In this document: in pieces, positions 10,450-22,881 of the stretch
Numbering within the stretch: position 1 is the first letter of the stretch
Layout: each line of letters opens with the position of its first letter
Assembly (NCBI GenBank): GCA_003614675.1
Contig: ML002270.1
Coordinates: 1-52,821 of the forward strand
Reading direction: 5' to 3'
DNA: 52,821 nucleotides
DNA from: Dimargaris cristalligena
Taxonomy: Eukaryota
Notes under the pieces: model-generated
What the model saw: the letters and a program-made list of their open reading frames with translations, nothing else
Database searches by the model: none
Told to the model about the DNA's origin: nothing
Made by a program: the position numbers and the translations under genes

Positions 10450-12540
10450 CTACATTGCCGGCTGGTAGGTCGGGGGCACTTCCAGAGCCTGCTGGTATGA
10501 TGGTGGTGGTACCAACAGTGACGTGGGACGGGGGTCAGTGGATCCGGGTCCTGAATAGGGAGGATTGCCCGCATTCGCACTCGCACTAGGGGCCACAGTG
10601 GGGGTGGTGGTTGATGTATTTGTCGAGATGGCAGCGGTGGTAGTAGTTGTTGTAGTAGTGTTTGAGGTGGTGTGAGTAAGAGCCAGCGCGGGCGCGGACC
10701 AATTGAGTTCAATTTCACTCGGGTCAACCGAGCCAATCGGGGCGAGTCCTAGGGTGGCATCCGAGGCCGACAGTCCCCGGGTCTGACCGGAGGCGGGAAT
10801 GGTAGTGATGAAAGATGTCGGCGGCGTATGGGAGGAGTGGTTAGCCCCGCTGAAGCCGGAGGAGGAAGTGACCCCCAGTTCGTCGAATTCGTAAGGGTGG
10901 ACGAGGGTACGGGGCGTCGGGGGGAGGGTGTCTACGCCGTAGGGATTGGGGGGCGGGTTAGGCAAGTTAGACTCAGCCCTGCCCGATAGGATGGGAGGGG
11001 GAGGGGGCAGTAACTCCGACTGGTTCAAATGGTAGGGGTGATCCATCGGGATAGTGTAGTGGTGGACCGATGCACCTGGTCCACCACTCCCACCCACGGA
11101 AATTTCGGATGGGTACAGATGGAAAGGGTAGTAGCTGGGTTGGCCCAGTCGCGGGGTCGGTGGGGCGGAGGGGAAAGGAAGGGGAGGGTCAACAGGGGGT
11201 GTGTAATCGCGGTCGCGGTACTGAATCGAGTGTGAGCGCAGGCGAGGTGCACCAGCCTCCAGTAGGATAGACATGCCCGAAATGGCCCCCATGTACTTGC
11301 GGTGGTACCAAATGACCAGGCCCGCCAAGCCCAGGGCCGCTAGCACGGGGATACAGACGAGCGGGGGATTGTAGTGGGCCGGCCAGATGCACACTAGAGA
11401 GGTTAAGCAGAGGGTTATCAGTCCGAGGTAGATGGCCCAGTTTTTCCAGGTTAGGGGGGGACCCGGTTTAGTCGAACTGTGCCGATTATTAGGCAAGTCC
11501 TGGATAGCCGATCCCCGGCGGGAGTTCCCAGGGGTGAATCGGGAGGTGGACGGGGGAGTGGGGGCCGATCGGGGGTTAGAATAAGGACCAAATTCGTGCT
11601 TTATCCCTGAGTAACGTGACGGCGGTGGGCGAGTCGCGGGGTTCAACGAGGTGGTGGATGTTATCGGCTGGAACCGGTCCTGGCTGATATTATGGCTTTG
11701 TAAAGAATGATGGGATATTCCCCTAGGATCCATGGGGTTATCGAGAGCGGGAAACGAGTTACGGGTCGATGCCATCGAGCTGCGATCAGATCGGATGGTG
11801 GTAATCGTAGTTAGGGTGGGCTGCACTATACCAACGGAGGTGCGCTGATGGGCGTTCGAACTACGGTTCCCAGTGTTCCAGTGATCATTGTCCAGCAGAT
11901 AGTCATCGTTGCTGGAGTTAGAGTGGCGAGTCCGGAACACACGGCCATCGGAACCGATGGGTGGCGGATACGTGCGGGGAATACTAGGGGGCTCGTTAGT
12001 CGGGGGAATGATGACCGCTTCATTATCTTTTTCTGTGCAGATGTCCTTCTTTTGATTGACATCTAGGGGCGATAACCCCGTCGTTATTGGGGAATCCGTA
12101 GAGTCAAGGACGGAATAGGGGGCGGGTGGCGATGGGCCCGTTGCCGCCAGGGTAATTTCCAAGGGGCCCGGTGGGCCATCCTTACCCGGACTGGGTAAGG
12201 CGGGGACGTTATCGCTGGGAATCGGGAAGGACATAATAGTCTGCTCCAGCTGCCGATGGTGTTGCGCGGCGAAGTCTTGGCTTAATACGTTTTGGCGCCG
12301 GAAGGAGCGGCCGAGGAAGGTCGACATACCCTGGTTGTTGCCCCCTTCAATGACGCTGACGATGGGGGACCCCACCCGGGAGTGCCGGCCGACTCCCTGG
12401 TTAATAGACGGGCGACGGCTGCCAGAGGTAGGGCTGGTGGTGTCTGAGTCCATGGAAGCCCGCAGCCACCGGAATAAAGGAGGTAGACTCAAGCGGCTAT
12501 TAGTACGGGAGCGCGGGCGTTGCGGTGGCTTTTCGTCCAT
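10450..12540 (-). CDS. Uncharacterised 696-aa Pro/Ser/Thr-rich membrane protein with two adjacent TM helices and C-terminal PPxY motifs
   Basis: Single 2091-nt ORF with start context ACCGCCATG. Hydrophobic hairpin WAIYLGLITLCLTSLVCIW / PLVCIPVLAALGLAGLVIWY followed by basic HRK. Ends ...VPPPSYQQALEVPPTYQPAM. Confidence 0.88.
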   Translation of the reverse strand: MDEKPPQRPRSRTNSRLSLPPLFRWLRASMDSDTTSPTSGSRRPSINQGVGRHSRVGSPIVSVIEGGNNQGMSTFLGRSFRRQNVLSQDFAAQHHRQLEQTIMSFPIPSDNVPALPSPGKDGPPGPLEITLAATGPSPPAPYSVLDSTDSPITTGLSPLDVNQKKDICTEKDNEAVIIPPTNEPPSIPRTYPPPIGSDGRVFRTRHSNSSNDDYLLDNDHWNTGNRSSNAHQRTSVGIVQPTLTTITTIRSDRSSMASTRNSFPALDNPMDPRGISHHSLQSHNISQDRFQPITSTTSLNPATRPPPSRYSGIKHEFGPYSNPRSAPTPPSTSRFTPGNSRRGSAIQDLPNNRHSSTKPGPPLTWKNWAIYLGLITLCLTSLVCIWPAHYNPPLVCIPVLAALGLAGLVIWYHRKYMGAISGMSILLEAGAPRLRSHSIQYRDRDYTPPVDPPLPFPSAPPTPRLGQPSYYPFHLYPSEISVGGSGGPGASVHHYTIPMDHPYHLNQSELLPPPPPILSGRAESNLPNPPPNPYGVDTLPPTPRTLVHPYEFDELGVTSSSGFSGANHSSHTPPTSFITTIPASGQTRGLSASDATLGLAPIGSVDPSEIELNWSAPALALTHTTSNTTTTTTTTAAISTNTSTTTPTVAPSASANAGNPPYSGPGSTDPRPTSLLVPPPSYQQALEVPPTYQPAM

Positions 12541-12554
12541 GGCGGTAAAATGGG

Positions 12555-12826
12555 CTAGAAAAGTTAATTAAAATGACAATGCTGGTGCGGGAATAGCCCG
12601 GATACGGGAATAATGAATGACTAAAATAGGGTGAGGTGCGGTGAAGGGGAATAGAGAGGCGGGAGCTAAATACTATAAATATAAAATGTGACAGGGAACG
12701 AAAGGGAAGGGGGGGGGAGATGCCATACACTAGAATGGAGACTGAAATGTAAACGATAATCTATAATGAAAACATGCGCTAATCAAGTGCCATATGGAAA
12801 CGGTTGTGGGGTGAACGCACACTCAC
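12555..12826 (-). other. Probable 5'-UTR intron of the 696-aa gene
   Basis: Minus strand shows donor CAG|GTGAGT at 12826 and a pyrimidine-rich acceptor TTTTCTAG ending at 12555, 14 nt before the ATG. Confidence 0.6.
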
Positions 12827-15800
12827 CTGGCCCACAACAGAGAAGGTGGTTTGACAGCCAGTGGCTAGAGGAGGAGGAGGAGGAGATGATGACGAAGGAT
12901 GAGTGTGGGTTCCACGGGAGATGCGGAAGGAGCCGGCTATAAATAAGGCAAATGGTTGGACGGGGGAGGACTTAATAGGACCCCAAAACACCCTTATAAA
13001 TATAGGCAATCCGGGCAGAGGTGTAGCAGTGGGTCACGTAGAAGACGTCTCGGGCCAACACTTTACCAGGGGGCCGGGAGTTGAGAAGGGAGGCGGACAA
13101 TGCAGCGACGGGCTGCTAAAGGAAAGTTGATGGAGGGGAATCAACTCGATGAAGAACAAATATGCAGGCGGTAGCAGTTGGGGAGGGTTTGTGAAGCAAG
13201 GATAGTATGTCCAACAGTGCGGCACAAGGGCTAATCTAAATAAGGACTAAGTGGTCCACCTGTCTTGTCAAGTTTCTATCGAATATATGAATATGTACGT
13301 TGTAGGTTAATGATACAGGCAGACTGAATACTGGGACGGGAGAGGGTGAATAGTAATTAGAAAATTGTTAAAAAATAGAAGATGTAATAATTCTATAATG
13401 GAATTGGCAATAATTGATTATATAATAGGTCAACACTACTATCCTATTGCTACTACTGCTAAAGTCGAGGCTGATACCCGGGTATTGAATATGAAAGGAG
13501 GTTTAAAGTTAAGGTGATAATGCTCTAAAAAGGGCTCAGGGGTCATAGGGCGACCATATGCTTATTTATAAGGGAATGGCGACTGCCCCTTGTCGGACAG
13601 CTGAACAATACGGTAGACACTTGGCCATCTAGGAAGAAGAAGAAGACAAAACAAGAGATAGTGAGTAGGGGAGTTTACACGACTATTAGATCAACCTCAT
13701 GAGTGAGAAGTTTGTAATATCCCAACTGAGCGCGTGTATTAAGTGCCTGGAAGACAAGGATTGCCGAAAGCCATCGGATCACTCCGCCGGCTACGCAGGC
13801 TTCAGTGTATAAATATAGCGTTTCTAATTTCACATCCAACAATCCTTAGTGCGTGTGTGAGAATGGATCATGCCAGGCAACTCACTAATTAATGGGAGCC
13901 GAAGAAAACGATGATAGTAGACATAGGCCAATGTGAGTGAAGCCGCCGGTCGCCGTGTTTCATTCACGAAAGCCTAGGCCCCCGTCGTTGCTATAGCGAA
14001 TCCACAAGCAGGAATAGTGTTATTCGAAAATAGAATCAACGGCCGGCAGGCTTGGGTTGGCCATTCCCCTAGATCCCCCCGCAGCTACTGCCCAGACAAG
14101 GCGAGTCGAGGGCCCTTTGAATCATTCCAGTCCCCCTCCCCGCCCTGCCATCCTTTACTGGTGCCCCCGGAAATGTATGTTAGTCTATATACCTACTGCC
14201 AACATCATTTCTTCCGATGCTTGATTGGATAACCCTGGTCCAGACGTTATAGTGTTAGTGGAAAATAAACCATTGGGTTGAGCCATTCCTTTGGCCAATC
14301 CGGCCTGTTCCCCACATTCCTGACTGAAGGGACTCCGGAAATTTGTTTGAGTGGAACGGCAGAGTATGGTGTACGGTGTCTGGGTTGCTCCAAGGAGGGC
14401 CTCATTAAATAGACCACTGGCCAAACTTCCGCAACACTTGCCTGTCTTTCACGATGCGGCACAATTCAACCGGTTATAGTCGGTGGGTACATGTTATTAG
14501 ATTTGGCTATCTTTTTTGAGCAACTAAATAAATAAAAAGGCATACTAATGTCAACAATGATTCCATGTGAGCTTCGCTATCTAGACCCGGGCACCTTATA
14601 GATTGATCATGCGTAATCGATGAACTAGGCAGAGAAAAAGGAGGGCATTTCTATTTCAATTTCCATTTCTCAGTAGGCATGTCAATCCCCTCCGACCCCA
14701 TCCTTGCCGATGCGCCTTCTACTATTTTTTTCTCTAACCATGAGAGAGAAACTCACACGTACACTCCTTAAAGAAAGAGGATGGACAGTGTTCCGCATTC
14801 TACTTACCTAAAGTGGTTGCTGAAGGCATTGGGCATGAAACCCGCTTAAACTAGCATATCGGAGTGGGCGGAGGTATGCGTATAAGCGGGATACAGATAA
14901 ATGAATGGCTCCACATTGGGGCTTAAGTGTCGCAAATTAGGATTATATGAGCTACTTGTTTTTGGTTTTTGTTGACAGGCAGTAAGTCCATAGCTCACAG
15001 CAATGGTTGACAGTGGGTCTTTTTATATATGTATTACATTGCCCCTCCCTGGTCGTTCGGGAAAGGAAATGCATTGATCATAAATGTCTATTTTCGACCC
15101 CTTGTCTTCTATAGCAAGATTCGCCGTTTCCGAACCCCTGGCCCTAGCTTGGTCATTTAGTGACCTCGATTTTGAAGCTCCGTATTTAACTTGGCAGTGT
15201 AGAGGCTAAATCAGACCCCGTCGTTGGTTGGACCATAAGAATCCAAGACCCTGGTAGTGCACTTACCGACCCATGTTTGCGCATGGATGTTGCTCAAATA
15301 ACACTCGGTAAATAAATATAACCATAATTGGACAAAAACAAGACCCCCTTCTAGAAGCTATTCTAATATATATATATATATGAAAGACCACGAGTTGATC
15401 ATAGTGCAGGTTATTTTATCAATCGGAACCATAGTAGTGGTCCAGCCGGGTTTGGGCCATACTCAGCCCGACGACCGAGTTAAGTTAGGAGAGCTGGGAT
15501 TAAATCTCAATGCCTGTTAAAAGATGGCTCATACGGCCGTATGTACCGCCATACTTTGCTTTTTAAGCATTCACCCGGTACAAGCATTCGCTAGGCGGGT
15601 CACTAAGTGGATGGGCACTGCGATCGCTGAGCTTATGGGTAATAAATGCCTGTTTCGGCTGGGGCATATTCCGCATTACGAAAACGGTCAATCCTGGTTT
15701 GGGGGTTAATTCCCGGCCCCACTTGACCTTTTGGCCTTCGGTATGGGGCCCCTCATGCAAATACCTGCGGCACTTTACTGCTTCATTGGCGACATGGGGG

Positions 15801-18451
15801 CGTTTCGAGTTATCGCAGGGCTTATTATAAATTTTGGTATATGCTTACTCTATTATTCTTAAATCTAGAACTGCTGGTATATGTAGTATGAGGCTTGACT
15901 CATCAAATCGGGCTTCTACCTGGTGAGAGGGGCCAGAAGAGTCATCATTGTTCCAGGATATAAAAAAAACACCGCCCACTTCGAACTGGTTGTTTCCAGG
16001 CGGTTTAAATTAGCAATTAGGGTTGACTCAGCAAGTATGAAGCGAAGCAAATGGAGATGCAGCCATCGCCATCTCGATTAATATAATCGGTGATTGTGCG
16101 TACTGTTCTCCACAAAACCATACGCGTTTCTTTGAAAACAAATATATTATTAGAGTTAGCGGAAAACTCGCTATTTCTCGTTATGAGGTACCCCGGTGGC
16201 AGACGGTTTCTTTGGACTACCCATATTGCCTAATCCGATAATCTCTAGTGTTATTTTATTCGGTTTACTGTGGGCAGCTCTCTGGTGGTCGGATTTTTTT
16301 CAGCTAAGTTGGATTCATCTATTTAGCCTATTTGGAACCCATTCATTCCGGGGGCACATAGTCCCAGTGATCTCGCTCGGTGTATATCCCGGTTCTACGC
16401 TGTATAATGTGATCGTTAGTTGGTCCCGTCGGAAATAATTAGCCTACCAATGTAGCCTGCAGCACGATCATTCGATTGGCCGGACCCCTTGTAAAGGGAG
16501 GAAAGGAGTGTTCATTCTGATAGATACAAATGGTTCACTGCTTATCATGATTAAACCGGGCTACTGTTTTGGTTTATAGTACATATAATAATCACCCTGT
16601 TCGGTATTGAAAGACTGAGCCGAGTTTCAAACAAAACTGTTCTGTACTACTTTTGATCCGACCGAATGAAATCCACATAATGCCGAAAGGTATTGGCTCT
16701 AGACATGCTATTACCCAGTGAGCCATTAATGAAGCGGGCTACGGCACGGAATGGGAGGGGTATTTATCGACCCGTCGATATATTACACCTATGGAACTTA
16801 TCGTGAAAATAATGAAGTGCAGGTGCTACGGTGTCCTATCATTAGCCGGGTATGGCGATGGTAGGATCAGTAAACGAATAATTAATTGTACGCTTCTTGG
16901 TATTAAAAAGGAATGATGATCATCTCTATCAACAGCCCCGCTGATTTCTCGTAGATTATACTATGAAGTGTAGGCAAAGGGCGGTGCAATCCGAAGTAGG
17001 CTTGTTTTGTGACGCCAGACAGGATCCAGTTCGAGACTAAATTCTTTGCCGATTCAATCAAAGGACTCGGTTAGAAGTTTACTATATAAGAGCTGGAATT
17101 AACCGGGCTGTTCAGACAAAATATGGTAAGAATGGTTTATACCGATAAGCTTTTAATCACTGTGGATCCGGAGAGCAGTTTGTACCCATGTCTTGTTTAT
17201 CACTGCTGGTCATGGTGGTTGTGATTGAGCGACAGGTTATATATCACATACCGGGGTTCTTTTCTAGCATACCACACATGGAAGCATTTAAAAGAAGGGA
17301 TGCAAATATAGTTTCAATGTAATATTCAAAAGAAGAGGCGTCAGTTTGTTAGATTTTCCTTACTCAGAATAGGAAATAACCTAATGGGGTTCATTTCTTA
17401 TAATAAATCCACATCACAAGATTCGAGATGAACTAACAGTCTTAGATGAGGCAAGCTGGGTGAGTCACAGTGGTCAATATTACCGAATACCATAGTAAAA
17501 ATCCCAATACTCTCAATCCATAGTCTGATAAGTCTTGACTGCATTAGGTCACGAAAGTGGAACTTGGTCTGTTGGAAATACCCATGAGTAATAGTAAAAA
17601 CTGGGAAACTGGGCTATGAAAAAACGCTATATTTGGGGGAAACTCCGAACTAAGAGTAGTGGAAGAACCCGGCATTATCAAAGGCAGTGGGGGAGTCCCA
17701 TTTAAATTCCAACCTTTGAAAAGATTTAGAATAAGGACCGTCTTTACTTAATGGAACATCGGTCAATGTAAAGGGTCATATCTACTCGTATGCTGCTTAA
17801 CTTAACTTAGATCTCTTGGCCAGATTATTTATTTGGCTCCCGGCCTTATGGTAGGGACGAGGTAATTGTAAGTTCGCCATACCCAATGGCCTATATCATG
17901 CCTTATAGCCGTATATCATTCATGGTGTATAAAATTATAACATCAATCCATTAGTGAACATAACTACCCCTACCTCGCCTGGTTCTTAATTGGACTTTGG
18001 TGTTTAATATCCCCTATTTGGAAACTGGACGTAGGATGTACCTGCTTGGATATTATCTTGGAAAACTTTATCTTGATCTGCAGGGATTTAATTGAAGAGC
18101 TGCTCTGAAAGAACTGATCCGGGCTGGTGGGCGGGGGAAATACGAGCTTAGTGTGTATGGAAAGTGACTACGTTAGGTTGTGAACCAAAAAAAACAGCAT
18201 CATTTTATCAGAAAAGCATTCTTGATAAACAAGGAATATCCCGCCTATAACCTCATGCAGATAGCAATTAAAAACATTTACAGGCGAGTTGAATCTCAAT
18301 AATATTCGGGTTTAAATTTACGCATTGCTGGTGTACCGGTTGGGGGTGAACCATTATTACACCCGCCTTGTTTACTGGCCGAGAAGTTGGTTGGGTGCGA
18401 TTTCCGATATAGGTAGACACGAAGGGCTATCTAATGGTACAGGGCTTATGT

Positions 18452-18826
18452 TGAGTCACAAAATAAGCCGGCTTGACTTGACTTGACTCATAAGCACTTG
18501 TCCACTCATTTTACCAGTGCCCCGCAGTAGTTCTTTAGTCAGTTTACCAGTGCCACGCAGCAGTTCTTTAGTCAGTTTACCAGTGCCACGCAGCAGTTCT
18601 TTAGTCAGTGTATTTGACGGCCTAGGGTCATATAAATAGTGAGGGCGGCTTAGAATAGTCAATTAAAACGCCTTAGTTCCATAACTACTACCCACCCCTT
18701 TGCCCTATCGATTGACAGTTACGGTTGGTTTCTAGGTTTCCCTCTTTTTATTATATCCTGCTTTTTTTATTATTAGTAGTAACCAGTCTGTAACCCCTTT
18801 CGACCCCTTTCCGGCCCCATTAGTCA
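18452..18826. promoter_or_regulatory. Cluster of Gcn4/CpcA (AP-1-type) sites upstream of ARG7
   Basis: TGAGTCA at 18452-18458, TGACTCAT at 18484-18491 (preceded by TTGAC repeats), and TTAGTCA (reverse complement TGACTAA) at 18535, 18568, 18601 and 18820. Confidence 0.6.
18511..18609. repeat. 33-bp tandem repeat, 3 copies
   Basis: Unit TTACCAGTGCCACGCAGCAGTTCTTTAGTCAGT at 18511, 18544 and 18577. Copies 2 and 3 are identical; copy 1 has two substitutions. Confidence 0.97.
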
Positions 18827-18841
18827 AACAATACATTCACC

Positions 18842-20386
18842 ATGCGTGGCGCCATGCTCCAGCAGATTCGCCGCCTCTCCGACAAGACCCGGTTTATCCC
18901 TTCCGAAGGGTATTACCCGCGGGGCTTCACCGTCACAGGTCTCCACTGCGGGGTCAAGAAGGATCCCACGAAGCTCGATTTGGCGCTGATCCATTCCACG
19001 GCCCCCTGTACGGCCGCCGCGGTGTTCACGCAGAACAAGTTTACGGCGGCCCCCGTCCAGGTCTCCCGGGCGGTGTTGGAGGCCCGACAAGGTGCGGGCA
19101 TCCATAGCATCGTCACTAACTCGGGGTGTGCGAATGCCGTGACCGGGGCGGAAGGACTCGTCAATGCCCGGAAAATGGGCCAGGCTGTGGAGCGGGCGGC
19201 ACAGTGGGGTTCGACCTCAGTGTCCGAATCGGACCTGCCGGGGTCTACGCTTATCATGTCCACCGGCGTCATCGGTCAGCCCATTCCTTTGCCGCGCATC
19301 GAAGACGGCATCCAGCGGGCCTTCCCGGCCCTCGGCCGTTCGCACGAACACTGGCTGAAGTTCAGCCAGGCCTACATGACCACCGATACCTTCCCCAAAC
19401 TGCGATCCCGCCCGTTCCAACTGCCCAGCGGCACCCAGTACCGGATGGCCGGTGTGTCCAAGGGCGCCGGTATGATCCACCCCAACATGGCCACCCTGCT
19501 CGGTACGATTGCCACCGACTTGCCCGTTTCGCCCGCTTGCCTGCAGGCCGCTTTGAGCTACGCTGTCGATCGATCGTTCAATGCCATCACCATCGATGGG
19601 GATACGTCGACGAATGATACTGTGGCTATCTTGGCCAACGGCCAGACTAACTCGGGTAACTCTCTGACTATTGCCGATCAGAAATCCACCGACTTTGTGG
19701 CTTTCCGGGACCAGCTCACCGAATTCGCCCGTGACTTGGCCCAGCTGGTAGTTCGGGACGGGGAGGGTGCCACCAAATTCATCACCGTTCGGGTAAAAGT
19801 AAGTGCACTTCAAAAACTGAAGGTTGATTATATAATAATCCGAAAAATGCTAGATGAACATTTTCCTCCGGTTTATTATATAGGTGTGTGGATGTTTATT
19901 ACGTTCTGTTGATTAGTAGGCGACATGAAGAAAAGCAAACTGCGATACTTGGTCATTAACCCCTCTCTATCCCCTTAATGACAAATGCACTATACCACTT
20001 GAACCAATTTGTAGAATGCCGCTAACTTCGCCGACGCCAAATCCATCGCGACCACCATTGCCACTTCCTCGTTGGTCAAAACGGCCATTTACGGTCAAGA
20101 CGCCAACTGGGGCCGTATCATTTGCGCAGTAGGCTACACCAAGGACGTAGCCGTGGACACCCAGACCATCAGTCTCCAGGTAATCCCTATGGATGGCAGT
20201 GCCCCGCTACCCCTCATGGTCCGTGGCGAACCCGAAAAGGTGGACGAGGCCCGGGCCCTCGAAATCTTGAAGATGGAAGATATCAACATCGAAGTGGATT
20301 TGGGCCTGGGTGAGGCCACTGCCGAAGTATATACCTGCGACATGTCCCATGAATACATTACCATTAACGCTGACTACAGATCCTAA
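18842..20386 (+). CDS. ARG7: Mitochondrial ornithine acetyltransferase / glutamate N-acetyltransferase (ArgJ); 2 exons, about 442 aa
   Basis: Exons 18842-19798 and 20015-20386 (GTAAGT...GTAG, phase 0). Motifs: AAVFTQN, NSGCANA, MSTGVIG, MTTDTFPK, KGAGMIHPNMATLL (autocleavage Thr), DGDTSTNDT, RDGEGATK, LVKTAIYGQDANWGRI, TCDMSHEYITINADYRS. Arg-rich, acid-poor N-terminal presequence. Confidence 0.97.
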
Positions 20387-21161
20387 TATGGTCTGTACCG
20401 TGTAATTGTCTGTGATGGACTTAGCAATGCATAGGATGGCGGACAATCTAACCCCATATTAAATATAGTTAGGTAATAAAACAAGTTACCGTTTATTACA
20501 CACTTATGTAATATTTCCGTTAAAATATATATTATGGGAATATGGTTCGTGTATCACGGCTGAAAAATGGAAAGCCGTGGCAGAAGAAGGACTAGGATGG
20601 GAAGATAGGAGATACTACGCCAAACGCCCCGTAATAATAGATTCGCACATTGTTGTGGGCTCTGTCAACCTACTCGGAAGGTTCCGAGGCACATTGCCAA
20701 ATATATAGGCTATTCAGGAAGGGTTGTCTTGGGTGTTGGCACAATACTATTCACTAAGGTTAAACAGTATCGGATAGTTAAGACAAGACAGCTCCGATAT
20801 TTTCAAGAATGGATAAAGAATTGAGGAGCTTCTTCCTGGTATAGCTGTATAACCCTAGTTAAATGAATGATATAGGGCATAATTTATGAAGGTCGAAATT
20901 CGTCCAAATACCAGCTCCTGGAAGATGCGGTGGAAGCCAAGCTATTATAGTTGGCCTTCCTCCATGAGCAAGCAGCCTAATTCTAAGCTCCCTTCGACTG
21001 GTTCAGATTGATTGCGGCATTCTTGGGTTTTCTCTTCGTTTTGCGCGTCCAGTTTATTTTTATTTTTATATTAACAATCCACCTCTACCCATTCGTTCGC
21101 TTACGGACCCATTTACACCTCATTCCACTTCTACGCCCATTGCCATCGTCGCATCGCCACC

Positions 21162-22881
21162 ATGAATTCCGCCAGTTCGAAACCTAGCAAAGTAGTGTTC
21201 GGTAAGTCTAGGAATTTAGCTTGTTATGGCTCCCAAGTCCGATTCCGCCTGGATTTCCCCCCGAAGGACGACGCCCATGTTACTCCCTCAGCCTTATCCC
21301 CATGGTGGAACATGTTGGTTAAGCTAAATCGCGCTGTATGCATTTTCACTGTCGTTAACCCTCACTATAATCTCATATTTTTACACGGTTGCCCTTCTCT
21401 CAACTACCCTTGAACGTCTTTTCCGGTGAGCAGTGGGTAATATTCCCTTTGAATACACCGAGGAGCAACTCATTGACCTGTTTAAAGCAGCGGGGCCGGT
21501 GCGGTCGTTCAACCTAATCTTCGATCGAGAAACGAGCAAGCCCAAGGGTTTCGGGTTTTGCGAGTTCTACGACGTAGATACGGCTAGCAGTGCCGTGCGA
21601 AACCTGGGGGACTATGAATTAGGGAACCGGAAACTAAGAGTCGATTTTGTAGACCCTGCGGTACAGCATCGGTACGGCGCGGATACTCATTCTGGCGGTG
21701 ATTCCCAGGTAGGTATTAGTAAACTATGTGCCGCTTTTTTTTTGTTTGATGCTTTACTATTGTTTTATTGTTCCATCGGAGATTGGGCAGCAGTATTTCG
21801 GCACATTTGCAATATTTACATGGTGATCATACTAAGTCAAATAAGGGACAGCTATTATGCCCATTTGCCGCACTTTTGTATGGATATATGTTCTCTTGGT
21901 AGACCCACGATGACTATAACCCGGGACAAGGGCAAGATCCACCCCTAGTTGCGAACCCCATTCTTTCCTACCGAAATCTAGTCGCGACGGACCCGAATAT
22001 CTCATCGACCGATGCCATTTCCAAAACCCTGGCCTCGATGTCCCAGGATCAATTATACGAACTATTGAGTCATGTTCAGGTAGGTCGCCGAGTCACCTGT
22101 ACAGAGTGCTGATGACATCTCTTATTACTATCCTAGCGGTTTGGTTAAACCATGTTTTACCCCCAATTCCGTATACTGGCAATACTGAGTACTTTGTAGA
22201 CTAATTTAGGGAGAGTGTGTGTCGGTATTTATTTATGTATCACCTTATTTATTTATTTTTCCATTTGGCAGTATTTGTCCACCCACCAACCGGGACATGC
22301 CACAGCATTGCTCAACAGCAATCCCCAATTGACCTATGCCGTTTTCCAGGCGATGCTTATGCTCAATCTTATCGATGCGGCGGCAGTCCAGGTGAGTGTT
22401 CGAGGTTACCATGGGCTGGTGTTTGATTAATATTTTTTTAGGTGGGAACGGTGCTCTCGTTTTGGGGGACAGGGACGTAGCTCAGACCCACGAATTGCCT
22501 CCAGTGCGATATATTACTATCAGGAGGAGTATTACGGGGCTCACTTTTCTGTATGGCCGTTTATCTAACACCAACCCCCCATGTATCCCTTGCACAACAC
22601 CGGTATCGTATGCTTGCCTATTTGTTATTGCCCAATAGAATATAATGCAGTCTCAGCTAATGCAAACAGCGCAGCCACCACAGCCAGCCGCCACGGCACC
22701 CCCACCAGTCGGACAGGTACCGGATCCTGTAGCCCTGCAGCAACAGCAGCAAATGATGCTGGCCCAGTTAATCGCGTTGCCCCAACACGAGATTGACCGA
22801 CTGCCCGAATCCGAGCGCCAAAAGATCATGCAGATTCGGGCCCAACTAGCAGCGGTCCAGGGCCAAGTCCCAACCGTGTAA
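21162..22881 (+). CDS. RNA15: Cleavage stimulation factor 64-kDa subunit / Rna15 (RRM, hinge and C-terminal domain); 5 exons, about 284 aa
   Basis: Exons 21162-21201, 21434-21708, 21903-22079, 22272-22391 and 22639-22881 are frame-consistent. RRM: VVFVGNIPF ... DRETSKPKGFGFCEF ... ASSAVRNL ... RKLRVD. Hinge: DAISKTLASM ... LLNSNPQLTYAVFQAMLML. C-terminal domain: LPQHEIDRLPESERQKIMQIR. Confidence 0.93.

Noticed and set aside
16017..16028. TTAGGGTTG / CAACCCTAA as a telomerase RNA template or telomeric seed
   Set aside because: Only one TTAGGG unit, not the 1.5-repeat template expected, and it is compatible with chance or a promoter telo-box.
18456..18662. ORF with TKELLRGTGKL repeats, or a CRISPR-like array
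   Set aside because: The peptide repeat is just the translation of the 33-bp tandem repeat. There are no unique spacers and no cas genes, and the context is eukaryotic.
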